From assembly GCA_038240075.1 (NCBI GenBank), contig JBBSEC010000006.1, positions 70-64,069 on the forward strand: a DNA stretch of 64,000 nt, written 5' to 3'. The first letter of the stretch is position 1; each line of letters opens with the position of its first letter. Below, in pieces: positions 42,173 through 51,692 of this stretch. The notes under the pieces are model-generated. The model did not search any database. It was not told where the DNA came from and saw only the letters and a list, made by a program, of their open reading frames with translations. The DNA comes from Acidimicrobiia bacterium (GTDB lineage Bacteria > Actinomycetota > Acidimicrobiia > IMCC26256 > PALSA-610). The translations under genes and the position numbers were made by a program.

Positions 42173-43028
42173 CCGTCTCGGCGGCGAAGCGCAGCATCGA
42201 TTCGACCGCGCGAGCGGGGTCTTCCTGCGGGCCGAAGTGGCCGACGCCGTGCATCACCTCGACCGAGCCGCGCGGCATGCGATCGGCGATGGTGCGGGCC
42301 ATGGCGGGCGGGATGCTCGACGTGTTCTCCCCGCAGACGATCAGCACCGGCGGCTGTAACTCGTCGAGCCGCGCGAACGCGCCGTGGGCCGGGGCCATCG
42401 AGAAAACCTGCGCCTCGACCTCGGGTCGGCACTTCATCTCGAAGACGCCGTCACCGCGGTCGCGCAGGCCGTAGTCGACGTACGCGTGCAACGAGTCCTC
42501 GGTCATGACATTGAGCGGCGGCTTCATGGAGTACGACGCAAACGCCTCGTCCTTCGACACCCACTCGTTGCGCCGGCGGCGCGCGGCGCGGGCCATGCCG
42601 AACTCCTCCTGGGGCGGGATCACCTCGAGCGTCGGGAAGATGATCGGTTCGTAGAGCCAGAGCCGCGCGTAGGTGCCCGGTTTCGCGATCTCGCCGAGCA
42701 CGAGCGCGGCGCCGCCCTTCGAGTGGCCGGCCGCGAGCAGCGTCGGGTCGCCGGCGAGTCCGAGATGGTCGGTGACGGCGAGCACGTCGTCGGCGAATCC
42801 GTGCCACGAGTAGTCGGAGTCGGGCGCGTCGCTGTCGCCGTGACCGCGGAAGTCGAACGAGAACACGGTGCGTCCGTGCGCGATCAGACGCTCGGCGACC
42901 GGTGCCCAGATGCGGCCGTGGAAGCCGGTCGGGTGCGCGAGGAGAACCGGAGGTCCGTCGCCGCCCCACTCGTGCACGGCGAGGTGCACGGGCCCGGCGG
43001 CGATGCGATGGCTGCTCGGCTCGATCAC
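42159..43028 (-). CDS. Alpha/beta hydrolase
   Basis: Oxyanion LLAHPTGFHG, nucleophile elbow AGHSKGG, C-terminal His (GVGHFGPQE). GGGAGGAT SD before GTG 43028. Confidence 0.85.
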   Translation of the reverse strand: MIEPSSHRIAAGPVHLAVHEWGGDGPPVLLAHPTGFHGRIWAPVAERLIAHGRTVFSFDFRGHGDSDAPDSDYSWHGFADDVLAVTDHLGLAGDPTLLAAGHSKGGAALVLGEIAKPGTYARLWLYEPIIFPTLEVIPPQEEFGMARAARRRRNEWVSKDEAFASYSMKPPLNVMTEDSLHAYVDYGLRDRGDGVFEMKCRPEVEAQVFSMAPAHGAFARLDELQPPVLIVCGENTSSIPPAMARTIADRMPRGSVEVMHGVGHFGPQEDPARAVESMLRFAAETATPT

Positions 43029-43087
43029 GCGCCGATCCTCCCAACCCGCCCCCGGCGCGTGCCAGTCGCAGGTGCGAGCATGGGCGC

Positions 43088-44722
43088 ATGAGCGGTGAAT
43101 GGAACTACGCGGACGTGTGGGAGGCGATCGCGGAGACGATCCCGGCCTCGACCGCGCAGGTGCAGGGTGCGCGCCGCGTCACCTGGGGTGAGCTCGACCG
43201 ACGTGCCGATGGCATCGCGTCGACGTTGCTCGCGGCCGGCGCCGCGCACGGCGACAAGGTCGCGGCCTATCTGTTCAACGCGCCCGAGTACCTCGAGACG
43301 TTTTTCGCGGCCTGCAAGATCGGGCTCGTACCCGTCAACACGAACTACCGCTACGGCTCCGAGGAGCTCGCATACCTGTGGAACGACTCCGACGCGGTCG
43401 CGGTCGCGTTTCACGGCTCGTTCACCGAACGGGTCGCAGCGGTGCGACCGCGCGTCCCGGGTGTGCGCACCTGGCTGCACGTCGACGACGGCACCGAAGC
43501 GTGCCCCGACTGGGCGGTGCCCTACGAGCAGGCCGCGGCGTCGAGCGCGGAGCGCATCCGCGCGCCGTGGGGCCGCAGCGGCGACGACCTGATCTTCCTC
43601 TACACCGGCGGCACGACCGGTATGCCGAAGGGCGTGATGTGGCGCCACGCCGACATGTACGCGCACTCCAATTCGGGGACGCCGATCGACCCCGTCGACG
43701 CCGACCTCGAGCACGTGCGGCGACGCGCCACCGGCAGCGGTCACGCGCGCTCGGGCGTGGCGTTGATGCCGGCGAGCCCGCTGATGCACGGCACCGGGAT
43801 GACGATGGGGATGGCGGGACTGCGCGTCGCCGGCAGCGTCGTGCTCCTCGAAAGCCGGTCGTTCGACGCGCGGGAATGTCTCGACGTGATCGCACAGGAG
43901 CAGGTCTTCGGCGTCGCGATCGTCGGCGACGCGTTCGCGCGCCCCATGCTCGACGCGCTCCGGGCTGCGCCCGACGCGTGGGACCTCTCGTGTGTGCGGC
44001 TCGTGAGCTCGGCGGGCGTGATGTGGAGCGAGCCCGTGAAACAAGGACTCCTCGAGTTTCTGCCCAACGCCTCGTTGAGCGACGGGTTCGCGTCGTCGGA
44101 GGCGTTCGGCATGGGCGGTTCGGTGTCGAGCCGCAAGGAAGGCGTGCGCTCGACCGGCCTGTTCACGCTCGGCGACGACGCGCGTGTCGTCGACGAGAAC
44201 GGCAACGATGTGGCTGCCGGCTCCGGTGTGGCCGGGCTCGTCGCGGTCGGCGGTCCCCAGCCGCTCGGCTACTACAAGGACCCCGAGAAGAGCGCCAAGA
44301 CGTTCAAGGTGATCGACGGCAAGCGCTACTCGATCCCCGGCGACTGGGCGACGGTCGACGCCGACGGCACGCTGCGGCTGCTCGGGCGCGGTTCGGTGTG
44401 CATCAACACCGGTGGCGAGAAGGTCTTCCCGGAAGAGGTGGAAGAGGCGCTCAAGACGCACGCGGCGGTGCGCGACGCGCTGGTGGTCGGCGTGCCCGAC
44501 GACCGTTTCGTCGAGGCGATCTGCGCGGTCGTCGAGCTGGACGCGACGAGCGGCGCGCCCGCACCCGAACCGGCCGAGCTGATCGCGCACGTGAAGGGGC
44601 GGCTCGCGAGCTTCAAGGCGCCGCGCCATGTGCTGATCGTCGCGAGCGTCGGACGCGCACCGAACGGCAAGGCCGATTACCCGCGAGTGCGGCGCGAGGC
44701 CACGGCCGCGCTCGCCCGATGA
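43088..44722 (+). CDS. Acyl-CoA synthetase (AMP-binding, FadD-like)
   Basis: AMP-binding signature LYTGGTTGMPKGV, plus GDWA..DADG and GGEKVFPEEVE. Confidence 0.9.
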   Translation: MSGEWNYADVWEAIAETIPASTAQVQGARRVTWGELDRRADGIASTLLAAGAAHGDKVAAYLFNAPEYLETFFAACKIGLVPVNTNYRYGSEELAYLWNDSDAVAVAFHGSFTERVAAVRPRVPGVRTWLHVDDGTEACPDWAVPYEQAAASSAERIRAPWGRSGDDLIFLYTGGTTGMPKGVMWRHADMYAHSNSGTPIDPVDADLEHVRRRATGSGHARSGVALMPASPLMHGTGMTMGMAGLRVAGSVVLLESRSFDARECLDVIAQEQVFGVAIVGDAFARPMLDALRAAPDAWDLSCVRLVSSAGVMWSEPVKQGLLEFLPNASLSDGFASSEAFGMGGSVSSRKEGVRSTGLFTLGDDARVVDENGNDVAAGSGVAGLVAVGGPQPLGYYKDPEKSAKTFKVIDGKRYSIPGDWATVDADGTLRLLGRGSVCINTGGEKVFPEEVEEALKTHAAVRDALVVGVPDDRFVEAICAVVELDATSGAPAPEPAELIAHVKGRLASFKAPRHVLIVASVGRAPNGKADYPRVRREATAALAR

Positions 44723-44753
44723 AGCCGCGAACCGTGTTGTGATCGTCCGGGCG

Positions 44754-45371
44754 CTACGGAGTTACGGCAAAGACCTGGATCTTGTCGACGAGCGGGTAAC
44801 CCGGCCCGCTTCCGCTGAAGCACAGCTTGGCGAGGGTCGTCTCGACTCGACCCAACAAGAACGCGTGTTGCGTCCAAGTGGTGCTCCCGAGCACACCCTT
44901 TTCGGGGAACCGAGAGACGCGGCGGTTCCAGCGAACGGTCACCCCCGCGTCTTCCGACACCGCGGCCGAAGCGAAACGCAGCTTGTACGACTTCGACGGG
45001 TCGACCGTGATGCGCTGGCACACGGTGCCGGACGGTGCGCTGGTCGCCGCCTCGGGGTCCTTGAGCGATAGGAACTGCAAGTTGCGCCCGCTGAAGCCGC
45101 TGACGATTCCCGCGAATGGTTTCCCGACTCCGACGGTCGCGCGCGACACCGTCCACGCGCGGATGTGCTCGCCGGGCTGGAAGGCAGTCGAGACCAGATC
45201 CGTAATCGCGATGTCGTCGAACTCCGACTCGCGTATCAAGTTGACGCGCGGGCCGTCCGGGCCGGCGTCGGCGGCTCCCGCGGGTGTCGCGGACGAGAGC
45301 GTGGCGAGCGGAATTGCCATCGCGATGGTCGTCAGCATGAACGCAATCATCCGGAACGTCGGTCGTTTCAC
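44754..45371 (-). CDS. Secreted hypothetical protein (possible jelly-roll/DUF642-like domain)
   Basis: Signal peptide MKRPTFRMIAFMLTTIAMAIPLATLSSATPAGA. GAGGGGG SD before GTG 45371. The domain call is weak. Confidence 0.55.
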   Translation of the reverse strand: MKRPTFRMIAFMLTTIAMAIPLATLSSATPAGAADAGPDGPRVNLIRESEFDDIAITDLVSTAFQPGEHIRAWTVSRATVGVGKPFAGIVSGFSGRNLQFLSLKDPEAATSAPSGTVCQRITVDPSKSYKLRFASAAVSEDAGVTVRWNRRVSRFPEKGVLGSTTWTQHAFLLGRVETTLAKLCFSGSGPGYPLVDKIQVFAVTP

Positions 45372-45404
45372 GTTGCCCCCTCGTGTGTGACCGCTAGTTG
45401 GGGT

Positions 45405-46556
45405 TCAGGTCTTGGTGGTGCGCTCTTCCGCGTAGTCGCCGATCGCCTTCATGATCGCGTTGGCCGCGCGGTTCACGAACTCGCCACCGCTGCCGGTCAC
45501 CCAGTCGCACGACGCCGCCGGTGCCGCGAGCTGGCCCCGGAAGTGCGGCATCACGTACTGCGCGAACAGCTCGAGGCTGTCGATCGTGGCGCGGGGAGTG
45601 GCCCAGTCGTGCCCGAACAGCAGGAAGGTTCCGAAGCCGCCCGACTCGTCGACGAGCGACTGGATCTTCGCGATCGCGTCGTCGGGTGTGCCGATGATCG
45701 CGAAGCCGTCTTCGTCGATGTTGTTGATGATCTCTTCGGGTGTGTCGCCGCGCACCGGCCCGGCGGGGAGTACGTGCGTGAAGTAGCGGGAGAACTCGAG
45801 GATCCCGTAGGCAACCTCGGCGCGCGCCTGTTCCTTCGTGCGCGCGAGGTGCATCGGGCCGACGAGCCGCCACCGGTCGCGGTCGGCGGTGTGGCCGTGT
45901 TCGGCCGCAACCTCGTTCCATGTTCCCCAGTGCGTACTCAGCGCGTCGAAGCCCTGTTTGCTGGTCGCGGCGATCGAGAGCAGACCGGTGTCGTGACGCC
46001 CGGCCGCGGCCGCGCCGGTCGGCGAGATCGATGCCGCGGTCGCGATCTCGAGGTGCGGTTGTGAGTACGACTTCAACTGCAGCCGCGCATCGCGGATCGT
46101 GAACCAGTCGGTTTCCATGGTCAGCGGCTCGTCCGACCGCAGCAGGTGCGTGATCGCGGTCAGCGCCTCGTGCATACGCGGGCGTTGCGTGTCGGCGGGG
46201 ATCCCGAGCATGTGCGCGTCGGAGGTGAGCTGTCCCGGCCCGCAGCCGAGCATCGCGCGGCCGCGGGTGAGGTGGTCGAGCAGCACCATGCGGTCGGCCA
46301 GCATCAGCGGATGGTGGTAGGGGAGCGAGCTCACGCCGGTTCCGAGGCGGATGTGCTTCGTGCGTTCCGCGGCGACCCCGATGAACACTTCGGGCGACGC
46401 GATGATCTCGAAGCCCGCGGAGTGGTGCTCGCCGACCCACACCTCGTCGAAGCCGAAGCGGTCGAGCGAAACGATCAGATCGAGGTCACGCTCCAGCGCG
46501 AGCGTGGGGTTCTGACCGACGGGGTGGAACGGTGCCATGAAGTATCCGAAGCGCAT
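45405..46556 (-). CDS. LLM-class flavin-dependent monooxygenase
   Basis: MRFGYFM..., FDEVWVGEHHS, and LGTGVSSLPYHHP, typical of luciferase-like monooxygenases. Confidence 0.9.
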   Translation of the reverse strand: MRFGYFMAPFHPVGQNPTLALERDLDLIVSLDRFGFDEVWVGEHHSAGFEIIASPEVFIGVAAERTKHIRLGTGVSSLPYHHPLMLADRMVLLDHLTRGRAMLGCGPGQLTSDAHMLGIPADTQRPRMHEALTAITHLLRSDEPLTMETDWFTIRDARLQLKSYSQPHLEIATAASISPTGAAAAGRHDTGLLSIAATSKQGFDALSTHWGTWNEVAAEHGHTADRDRWRLVGPMHLARTKEQARAEVAYGILEFSRYFTHVLPAGPVRGDTPEEIINNIDEDGFAIIGTPDDAIAKIQSLVDESGGFGTFLLFGHDWATPRATIDSLELFAQYVMPHFRGQLAAPAASCDWVTGSGGEFVNRAANAIMKAIGDYAEERTTKT

Positions 46557-46595
46557 GGCCCGTATCTTCTCACCGGTCGCCCGGGTCGCGCCTGA

Positions 46596-47288
46596 CTACG
46601 GAAGCCGGGAACGAATCCAGCGCTCGAGCGCGGGCCCGCTCTCGAAGCTTGCGATGAGTGCGTAGCGGGGAGCGGTGCCCGGATGGCTGACGACGTGCCA
46701 GAGCCGCTGGGTGTCGACGACGAACTGCGCGCCGCGGTGCAGCGGGAGGCGCACCTCGGTGCCGGGGTCGGGCAGGCCGTCGCGCTGTTCCATGAGCACC
46801 ATGGCGCTGTCGGGGTTGTCGGTGAGCTCATACCAGCAGCGCACGACCCAACCGTCGCGCTCGGGGTTGAAGCGGTTGTTGTCGTCGCGGTGGATCTGCT
46901 TCAGCGACGTCTCGTAGTCCTGCGGCTCGAGCTTGATGACGCGCACGCGCCCGAAGTTCGCCCCGACCGACTCGACCCACGAGACGATCGCCGGGCACCG
47001 CTCGGCGTTCGACGTCCAGAGCCCGTTCTTGTCGGGGCGCTCGTCGCCTTCCTTCCAGAATCCGCGGCAGTCGAGTTGGCCGTCGGCGGTCGCGATCGGA
47101 GCGAAGTTGGTGTCGCCGCCGCTCTTCCAGTCCATGTATTCGAGGCCGAGGTACTCCGCTTCGGGGATGGGTGGTGCGTCGCGCAACTGCACGTAACCGC
47201 GTTCCGCGAGCGCGTCGATGCGGGTGTGCGCCGTCTCCAAGGGGATGTCGCTCGACCAGTGGCCCGGATCGATCCATTGCGTGCGCAT
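46596..47288 (-). CDS. Cupin-type protein, possibly aspartyl/asparaginyl beta-hydroxylase-like
   Basis: The pattern IHRDDNN ... RCWYEL ... FVVDTQRLWHVVSHPG..PRYALI resembles the AspH/LpxO-type H-x-D...H...R core. Low certainty on function. Confidence 0.55.
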   Translation of the reverse strand: MRTQWIDPGHWSSDIPLETAHTRIDALAERGYVQLRDAPPIPEAEYLGLEYMDWKSGGDTNFAPIATADGQLDCRGFWKEGDERPDKNGLWTSNAERCPAIVSWVESVGANFGRVRVIKLEPQDYETSLKQIHRDDNNRFNPERDGWVVRCWYELTDNPDSAMVLMEQRDGLPDPGTEVRLPLHRGAQFVVDTQRLWHVVSHPGTAPRYALIASFESGPALERWIRSRLP

Positions 47289-47294
47289 TTCCCG

Positions 47295-47300
47295 AGTGTA
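47295..47300 (-). promoter_or_regulatory. Putative -10 hexamer for leaderless cupin gene
   Basis: TACACT (minus strand) ends 6 nt before ATG 47288. Confidence 0.35.
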
Positions 47301-47335
47301 GGGATGCGCACGCCGCTACCTATGCCTTGGGGAGT

Positions 47336-47360
47336 CGTTCGGTTTGAGCACGGCCGAATG
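47336..47360. repeat. Possible degenerate, shortened relative of the TTGTTCGG hairpin element
   Basis: CGTTCGG-TTTGAGCACGG-CCGAATG. The arms and the TTTGAG segment resemble the reverse complement of copy A (TTGTTCGGCTTTGAGTGCC). Confidence 0.2.
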
Positions 47361-47561
47361 GCCGTCGGTCTCGGATCGCCTGGCGGCCGAAGAACACAGA
47401 TACCGATCTCGCGGAGGTTCGTCGAGAGCGCGACGAAGACCCGGCCGGTCAGGACCGCGTACCGCCGCCGACCATCACGAAGGAGTCATGCCTCTCGTTG
47501 ATACACAAGTCCCGCCCAGAAGCGCGATCGGGCCTGGGTTTGTTGATGTTTCTGCTTGTCA

Positions 47562-47576
47562 TCGAACGCACGTTCG
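47562..47576 (+). promoter_or_regulatory. LexA operator (SOS box) upstream of the decayed HNH paralog
   Basis: TCGAACGCACGTTCG, 14 nt upstream of ATG 47591. About 50 nt of upstream sequence aligns with the promoter region of the intact copy. Confidence 0.6.
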
Positions 47577-47590
47577 CGAACAATTAGGAC

Positions 47591-48578
47591 ATGTCCGCAG
47601 CCCTCATGAGCGTCGTCGGCGACCTCGACATGAGGCTCATTGTGCGATTCGGAGATTCGAGAGCGCTACATCGAGACGCGCCGCGAGATCGATCGTGCGG
47701 AGGCGTACGCGGCGCGCTTGTTGGTCGCGATTTCGGGTCGTGGGATCCCGTCGGGTGACGACGATCGCGTTGGGTCGCCGCGCGAGTCACGAAGCCGTGT
47801 ACGCGACGATGGAACACGACCTCGTCCGGCTCGCCGAGACGTCAGATTTCCGTGGCCTTGACGCGCGGATCCGTCACTACCGGATGCGCGGCGCCGAGGT
47901 CGACGACAAGCCCCCGGAAGACACGAACGGCTTGTACATCTCCCAGGTCGGAGACCGCTGGGCCGTGAAGGGGGATCTCGACGCGCTCCTCGGCGCGACC
48001 GTGAACAAGGCGCTTGACGCGGCGACCGGCAAGCCCGGCGACGACGACACGCGGACTCCCGCGCAGCGACGCGCCGACGCGCTCGGCCGCATCTGTAGGG
48101 ACGCGAAAGTCCGACCGAAGACGGCGAACGACCCCACATCGCGATCACCGTCACCCTCGAGTCGCTCCTCAACGGCAACTTCGAGACGACCGGCGATCTC
48201 GCCCTCGTATCCAGCCAGGTCAGCCGGCTGCTGTGCGATTCGAAACTCCACCTGATCGTCCTCGACCCGAACGGCACCCCACTCGACGTGGGCGCCGCGA
48301 TCTAGCGGCCGTCACGCAAACTGCGAAGAGCAGTCATCCACCGAGACCAGGGCCGCTGCCGATATCCGGGCTGCGACCGAACCCACGGCCAGGTCCATCA
48401 CGTCACGCCATTCCCCAACGGAAGCACCGTGATCGCGAACCTCGTCTTCCTCTGCGACTTCCATCACCGCGTGCTGCACAAACCGGGCTGGACCGCGACC
48501 TTCGACGCCACCACCCTCACCGTCACCAACCCCGACGGCCGATGTATCGGCAGCACGTCGACGTGCATCGGATCTTGA
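47591..48578 (+). pseudogene. Decayed DUF222/HNH endonuclease paralog
   Basis: Homology to 27631-28773 is spread over at least three reading frames (MSAALMSVV; CDSEIRERYIETRREIDRAE; DDKPPEDTNGLYISQVGDRWAVKGDLDAL; HIAITVTLESL...HHVTPFPNGSTVIANLVFLCDFHHRVLH). There is an in-frame TAG at 48303-48305 and an internal deletion. Confidence 0.8.
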
Positions 48579-48582
48579 GCGG

Positions 48583-50145
48583 TCAGGGGCGCGTTCCGCG
48601 CGATGGTCCACCGGGTTCCCACAGTGGCGCGGCCAGATCGGCGAACTCGCACAGCAGCCGGCGCGTGTCGCGCGGATCGACGATCTCCTCCACGAGGAAG
48701 GCCTCGGCCGTACGGAACGGCGATTGGCGCGAGGTGAGGCGCTGCTCGATCTCGGCCCGGCGGGCAACCGGGTCGGGCGCGGCTTCGAGCTCGGCGCGGT
48801 ACGCGGCCTCGATACCGCCTTCGAGCGGCAGGCTGCCCCAACTCCCCGACGGCCACGCGTACCGGTACGACAGTCGCGATGCGTTCTGATGCGCGGCGCC
48901 GGCGACGCCGTACACCTTGCGCAGGATCACCGAGCACCACGGGACCTTCGCCTCGTAGATCGCGGCGAGCGCGTGCGCGCCGTGACGGATCGTCGCGGCG
49001 TGCTCGGCATCGGTGCCGATCACGAAGCCGGGGTTGTCGACGAGGTGCACGACCGGCAAACCGAACGTGTCGGCGAGATCGACGAAACGCGTCACCTTCT
49101 GGGCCGCGGCCGCGGTCCATCCGCCTCCGTAGTGGTACGGGTCGCCGGCCAGCATCGCGACCGGCCAGCCGTTGAGGCGCGCGAGCCCGGTGACGGCCGG
49201 TCCACCGAAGTGGCGCCCGAGCTCCATGAACGAGCCCTGGTCGACGACGGCCTCGATGATCGGGCGCACGCGGTACACCTTGCGCCGATCGCGCGGGATC
49301 GCGCCGACGAGCCATTCGTCGCGTCGATCGGCGCGGTCTCTGCACTCGGCGCGCGGCGGCCGTTCGTGCACCGACGACGGGAGGTACGAGAGGAAGCGGC
49401 GCGCCCGCGCGATCGCGTCGGCCTCGGTCGGCGCTTCGTCGTCGACGACGCCGTTGCGCGTGTGGATCGCGCTGCCGCCGAGTGTCTCCTTGTCGACGTC
49501 CTCGCCGAGCCGCTTGACCACTGGCGGCCCCGCGACGAACAGGTGCGACGTCTCCTTCACCATCACGCTGTAGTGACTCGTGACGACGCGCGCGGCGCCG
49601 AGCCCGGCGACCGAACCGAGACAGAGCGACACGACCGGCACCGTCGAGAGGTTGGCGACGACCCACTCCCAACCGGGGTTGAACGGCACGAACGAGCGCC
49701 GTTCGGTCTCGAGGGTCTTGACCGAGCCACCGCCGCCCGAACCGTCGACGAGGCGCACGATCGGCAGCCGGAGGTCGTGGGCCATCCGCTCCGCGTGCAC
49801 CTGCTTCTGGAAGATCGACGCGTCGGCGGCGCCGCCCCGAACGGTGAAGTCGTCACCGCCGACCACGACGGTGCGACCTTCGATCCGCCCCCGGCCCATC
49901 ACGAAGTTCGCGGGCGTGACGTCGACGAGATTGCCATCGTCGTCGTAGGTCGCGCGCCCGGTCAGTGATCCGATCTCGTGGAAGCTGCCGTCATCGAGCA
50001 GCAGCGCGATGCGCTCGCGCACCGGAAGCTTTCCGAGCGAGCGGTGCTTCGCAACCTTCTCCTCGCCACCCATGCGTGACGCGAGCTCTTCGCGCCGCGC
50101 GAGCTCTTCGAGCTCGGGCAACCAGTTCGCGGGCGGGTCACTCAC
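48583..50145 (-). CDS. Acyl-CoA carboxylase carboxyltransferase (beta) subunit
   Basis: Carboxyl_trans domain: GKLPVRERIALLLDDGSF.E, GGDDFTVRGGA, LVDGSGGG, VHLVDNPGF. Confidence 0.9.
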   Translation of the reverse strand: MSDPPANWLPELEELARREELASRMGGEEKVAKHRSLGKLPVRERIALLLDDGSFHEIGSLTGRATYDDDGNLVDVTPANFVMGRGRIEGRTVVVGGDDFTVRGGAADASIFQKQVHAERMAHDLRLPIVRLVDGSGGGGSVKTLETERRSFVPFNPGWEWVVANLSTVPVVSLCLGSVAGLGAARVVTSHYSVMVKETSHLFVAGPPVVKRLGEDVDKETLGGSAIHTRNGVVDDEAPTEADAIARARRFLSYLPSSVHERPPRAECRDRADRRDEWLVGAIPRDRRKVYRVRPIIEAVVDQGSFMELGRHFGGPAVTGLARLNGWPVAMLAGDPYHYGGGWTAAAAQKVTRFVDLADTFGLPVVHLVDNPGFVIGTDAEHAATIRHGAHALAAIYEAKVPWCSVILRKVYGVAGAAHQNASRLSYRYAWPSGSWGSLPLEGGIEAAYRAELEAAPDPVARRAEIEQRLTSRQSPFRTAEAFLVEEIVDPRDTRRLLCEFADLAAPLWEPGGPSRGTRP

Positions 50146-50198
50146 ACGCTGAGCCTCACCTCGATCAGGTCGCGCGTCAACCTGCGAGACTGCCCTTC

Positions 50199-51254
50199 AT
50201 GCGCGCTGCCATCGCCCGAAACCAAGCCATCGTGGTCGACAACGTCGACGACCCCGTCGCGGGTCCCGGTGACGCGCTCGTCCGAGTGGTCGCGTGCGGG
50301 ATCTGCGGTTCGGATCTGCACGCGCTCGTGCACGCCGACGACCTCGTGGCGGCCGCGGGCGAGGTGGGCATGCCGCTCCCGTTCGATCCGCACCTCGACT
50401 ACGTGATGGGTCACGAGTTCAGCGCCGAGGTCCTCGAGCTCGGACCCGCGACCGACGGTGTCGCGATCGCGGCCGGCGACCTGGTGACGTCGCTCCCGGT
50501 GATGCTGACCGCGGCCGGCATGGAGCCCGTCGGCGCGTACAGCAACGTGAACAACGGCGGTTACGCCGAGCTCATGCGGCTGACCGCGGGCATCTGCCTC
50601 AAGGTTCCGAACGGCCTCGACGCGCGCCGCGCCGCGCTCACGGAGCCGATGGCGGTCGGTCGCCACGCGGTTGCGCGCGGTGCCGTGACCTCCGCAGATG
50701 CGGCGGTCGTGCTCGGTGCGGGACCGGTGGGTCTGGCGGTCGTCGCGGAGCTGCACCGGCTCGGCGTGGAGACGATCGTCGTCAGTGACTACTCGCCCCG
50801 CCGCCGCGCGACCGCGCTCGCGATGGGTGCGACCGAGGCGGTCGATCCCGCAAACGACGATCCGATCGACGCGTGGCAGCGTGTCGACGGCCACAAGGCC
50901 CCCGTGGTGTTCGACGCGATCGGCGTTCCGGGCTCGCTCGCACTCGCCGTTTCGCACGCGCCGATGTTGTCGCGCGTCGTGGTTGTCGGCTCGTGCATGC
51001 AGCAGGACACGATTCGTCCCGTGCTCCCCCAGATGAAGCAGCTCACGATCGTGTTCTCGTTCGCGTACGACCCGTTCGAGTTCGCCGACACGCTGCGGGC
51101 GATCGCCGAGGGCGAGATCGACGTGACCCCGATGATCACCGGTGTCTGCGGGATCGACACCGTCGCCGACGCGTTCCGCGCGCTCGGCTCACCGGAAGAC
51201 CACGTGAAGATCCTCGTCGAGCCGGGCGGACCGGCCGCGCTGCGCACGGTCTGA
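50199..51254 (+). CDS. Zinc-dependent alcohol dehydrogenase-family oxidoreductase (MDR)
   Basis: Catalytic Zn motif VVACGICGSDLH, GHEFSAEV, and Rossmann VLGAGPVGL. ATG 50199 chosen inside the longer ORF. Confidence 0.85.
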   Translation: MRAAIARNQAIVVDNVDDPVAGPGDALVRVVACGICGSDLHALVHADDLVAAAGEVGMPLPFDPHLDYVMGHEFSAEVLELGPATDGVAIAAGDLVTSLPVMLTAAGMEPVGAYSNVNNGGYAELMRLTAGICLKVPNGLDARRAALTEPMAVGRHAVARGAVTSADAAVVLGAGPVGLAVVAELHRLGVETIVVSDYSPRRRATALAMGATEAVDPANDDPIDAWQRVDGHKAPVVFDAIGVPGSLALAVSHAPMLSRVVVVGSCMQQDTIRPVLPQMKQLTIVFSFAYDPFEFADTLRAIAEGEIDVTPMITGVCGIDTVADAFRALGSPEDHVKILVEPGGPAALRTV

Positions 51255-51281
51255 GCACACCGGCTGACGAACCGCTGACGA

Positions 51282-51665
51282 TCAGCCTTCGACGTGTGCC
51301 TTCAACGCCTCGAGGCTCTGCTGGTACATCCCCTGGAGCAGTTCGACCATCGAGTCGGGCTCGACGGCGACGGCGTACGTCACGTGCGCTCCCGCACCGG
51401 CAGGGGTGACGGTGATCGTGGCCTCGTGGTGGTCGACCGGCGCGCCGGAGGCGATGCTGTAGGTCAGCAGCCGCTTCGCGTCGTCACGGGCGACGAGGCG
51501 CTCATCGATCTTCATGCCGCCCATCTCGATCGTTCGGATGTCGCCGGCGACCGTGCACTTCTCGATCCCGGGCATCCAACCGGCGAGGCCGCCGAAGTCG
51601 CCGGCGACCTTCCACACGTCGTCCGCGCTGCACGCGATGTCGATCTCGCTCATGGCACTGCCCAC
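51282..51665 (-). CDS. SRPBCC (START/polyketide cyclase-like) family protein
   Basis: 127 aa with VWKVAGDFGGLAGWMPGI, typical of the SRPBCC fold. GGGGGA SD 5 nt before GTG 51665. Confidence 0.8.
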   Translation of the reverse strand: MGSAMSEIDIACSADDVWKVAGDFGGLAGWMPGIEKCTVAGDIRTIEMGGMKIDERLVARDDAKRLLTYSIASGAPVDHHEATITVTPAGAGAHVTYAVAVEPDSMVELLQGMYQQSLEALKAHVEG

Positions 51666-51692
51666 TGAAGTCCCCCTCGTCGGTGTCGAAGC

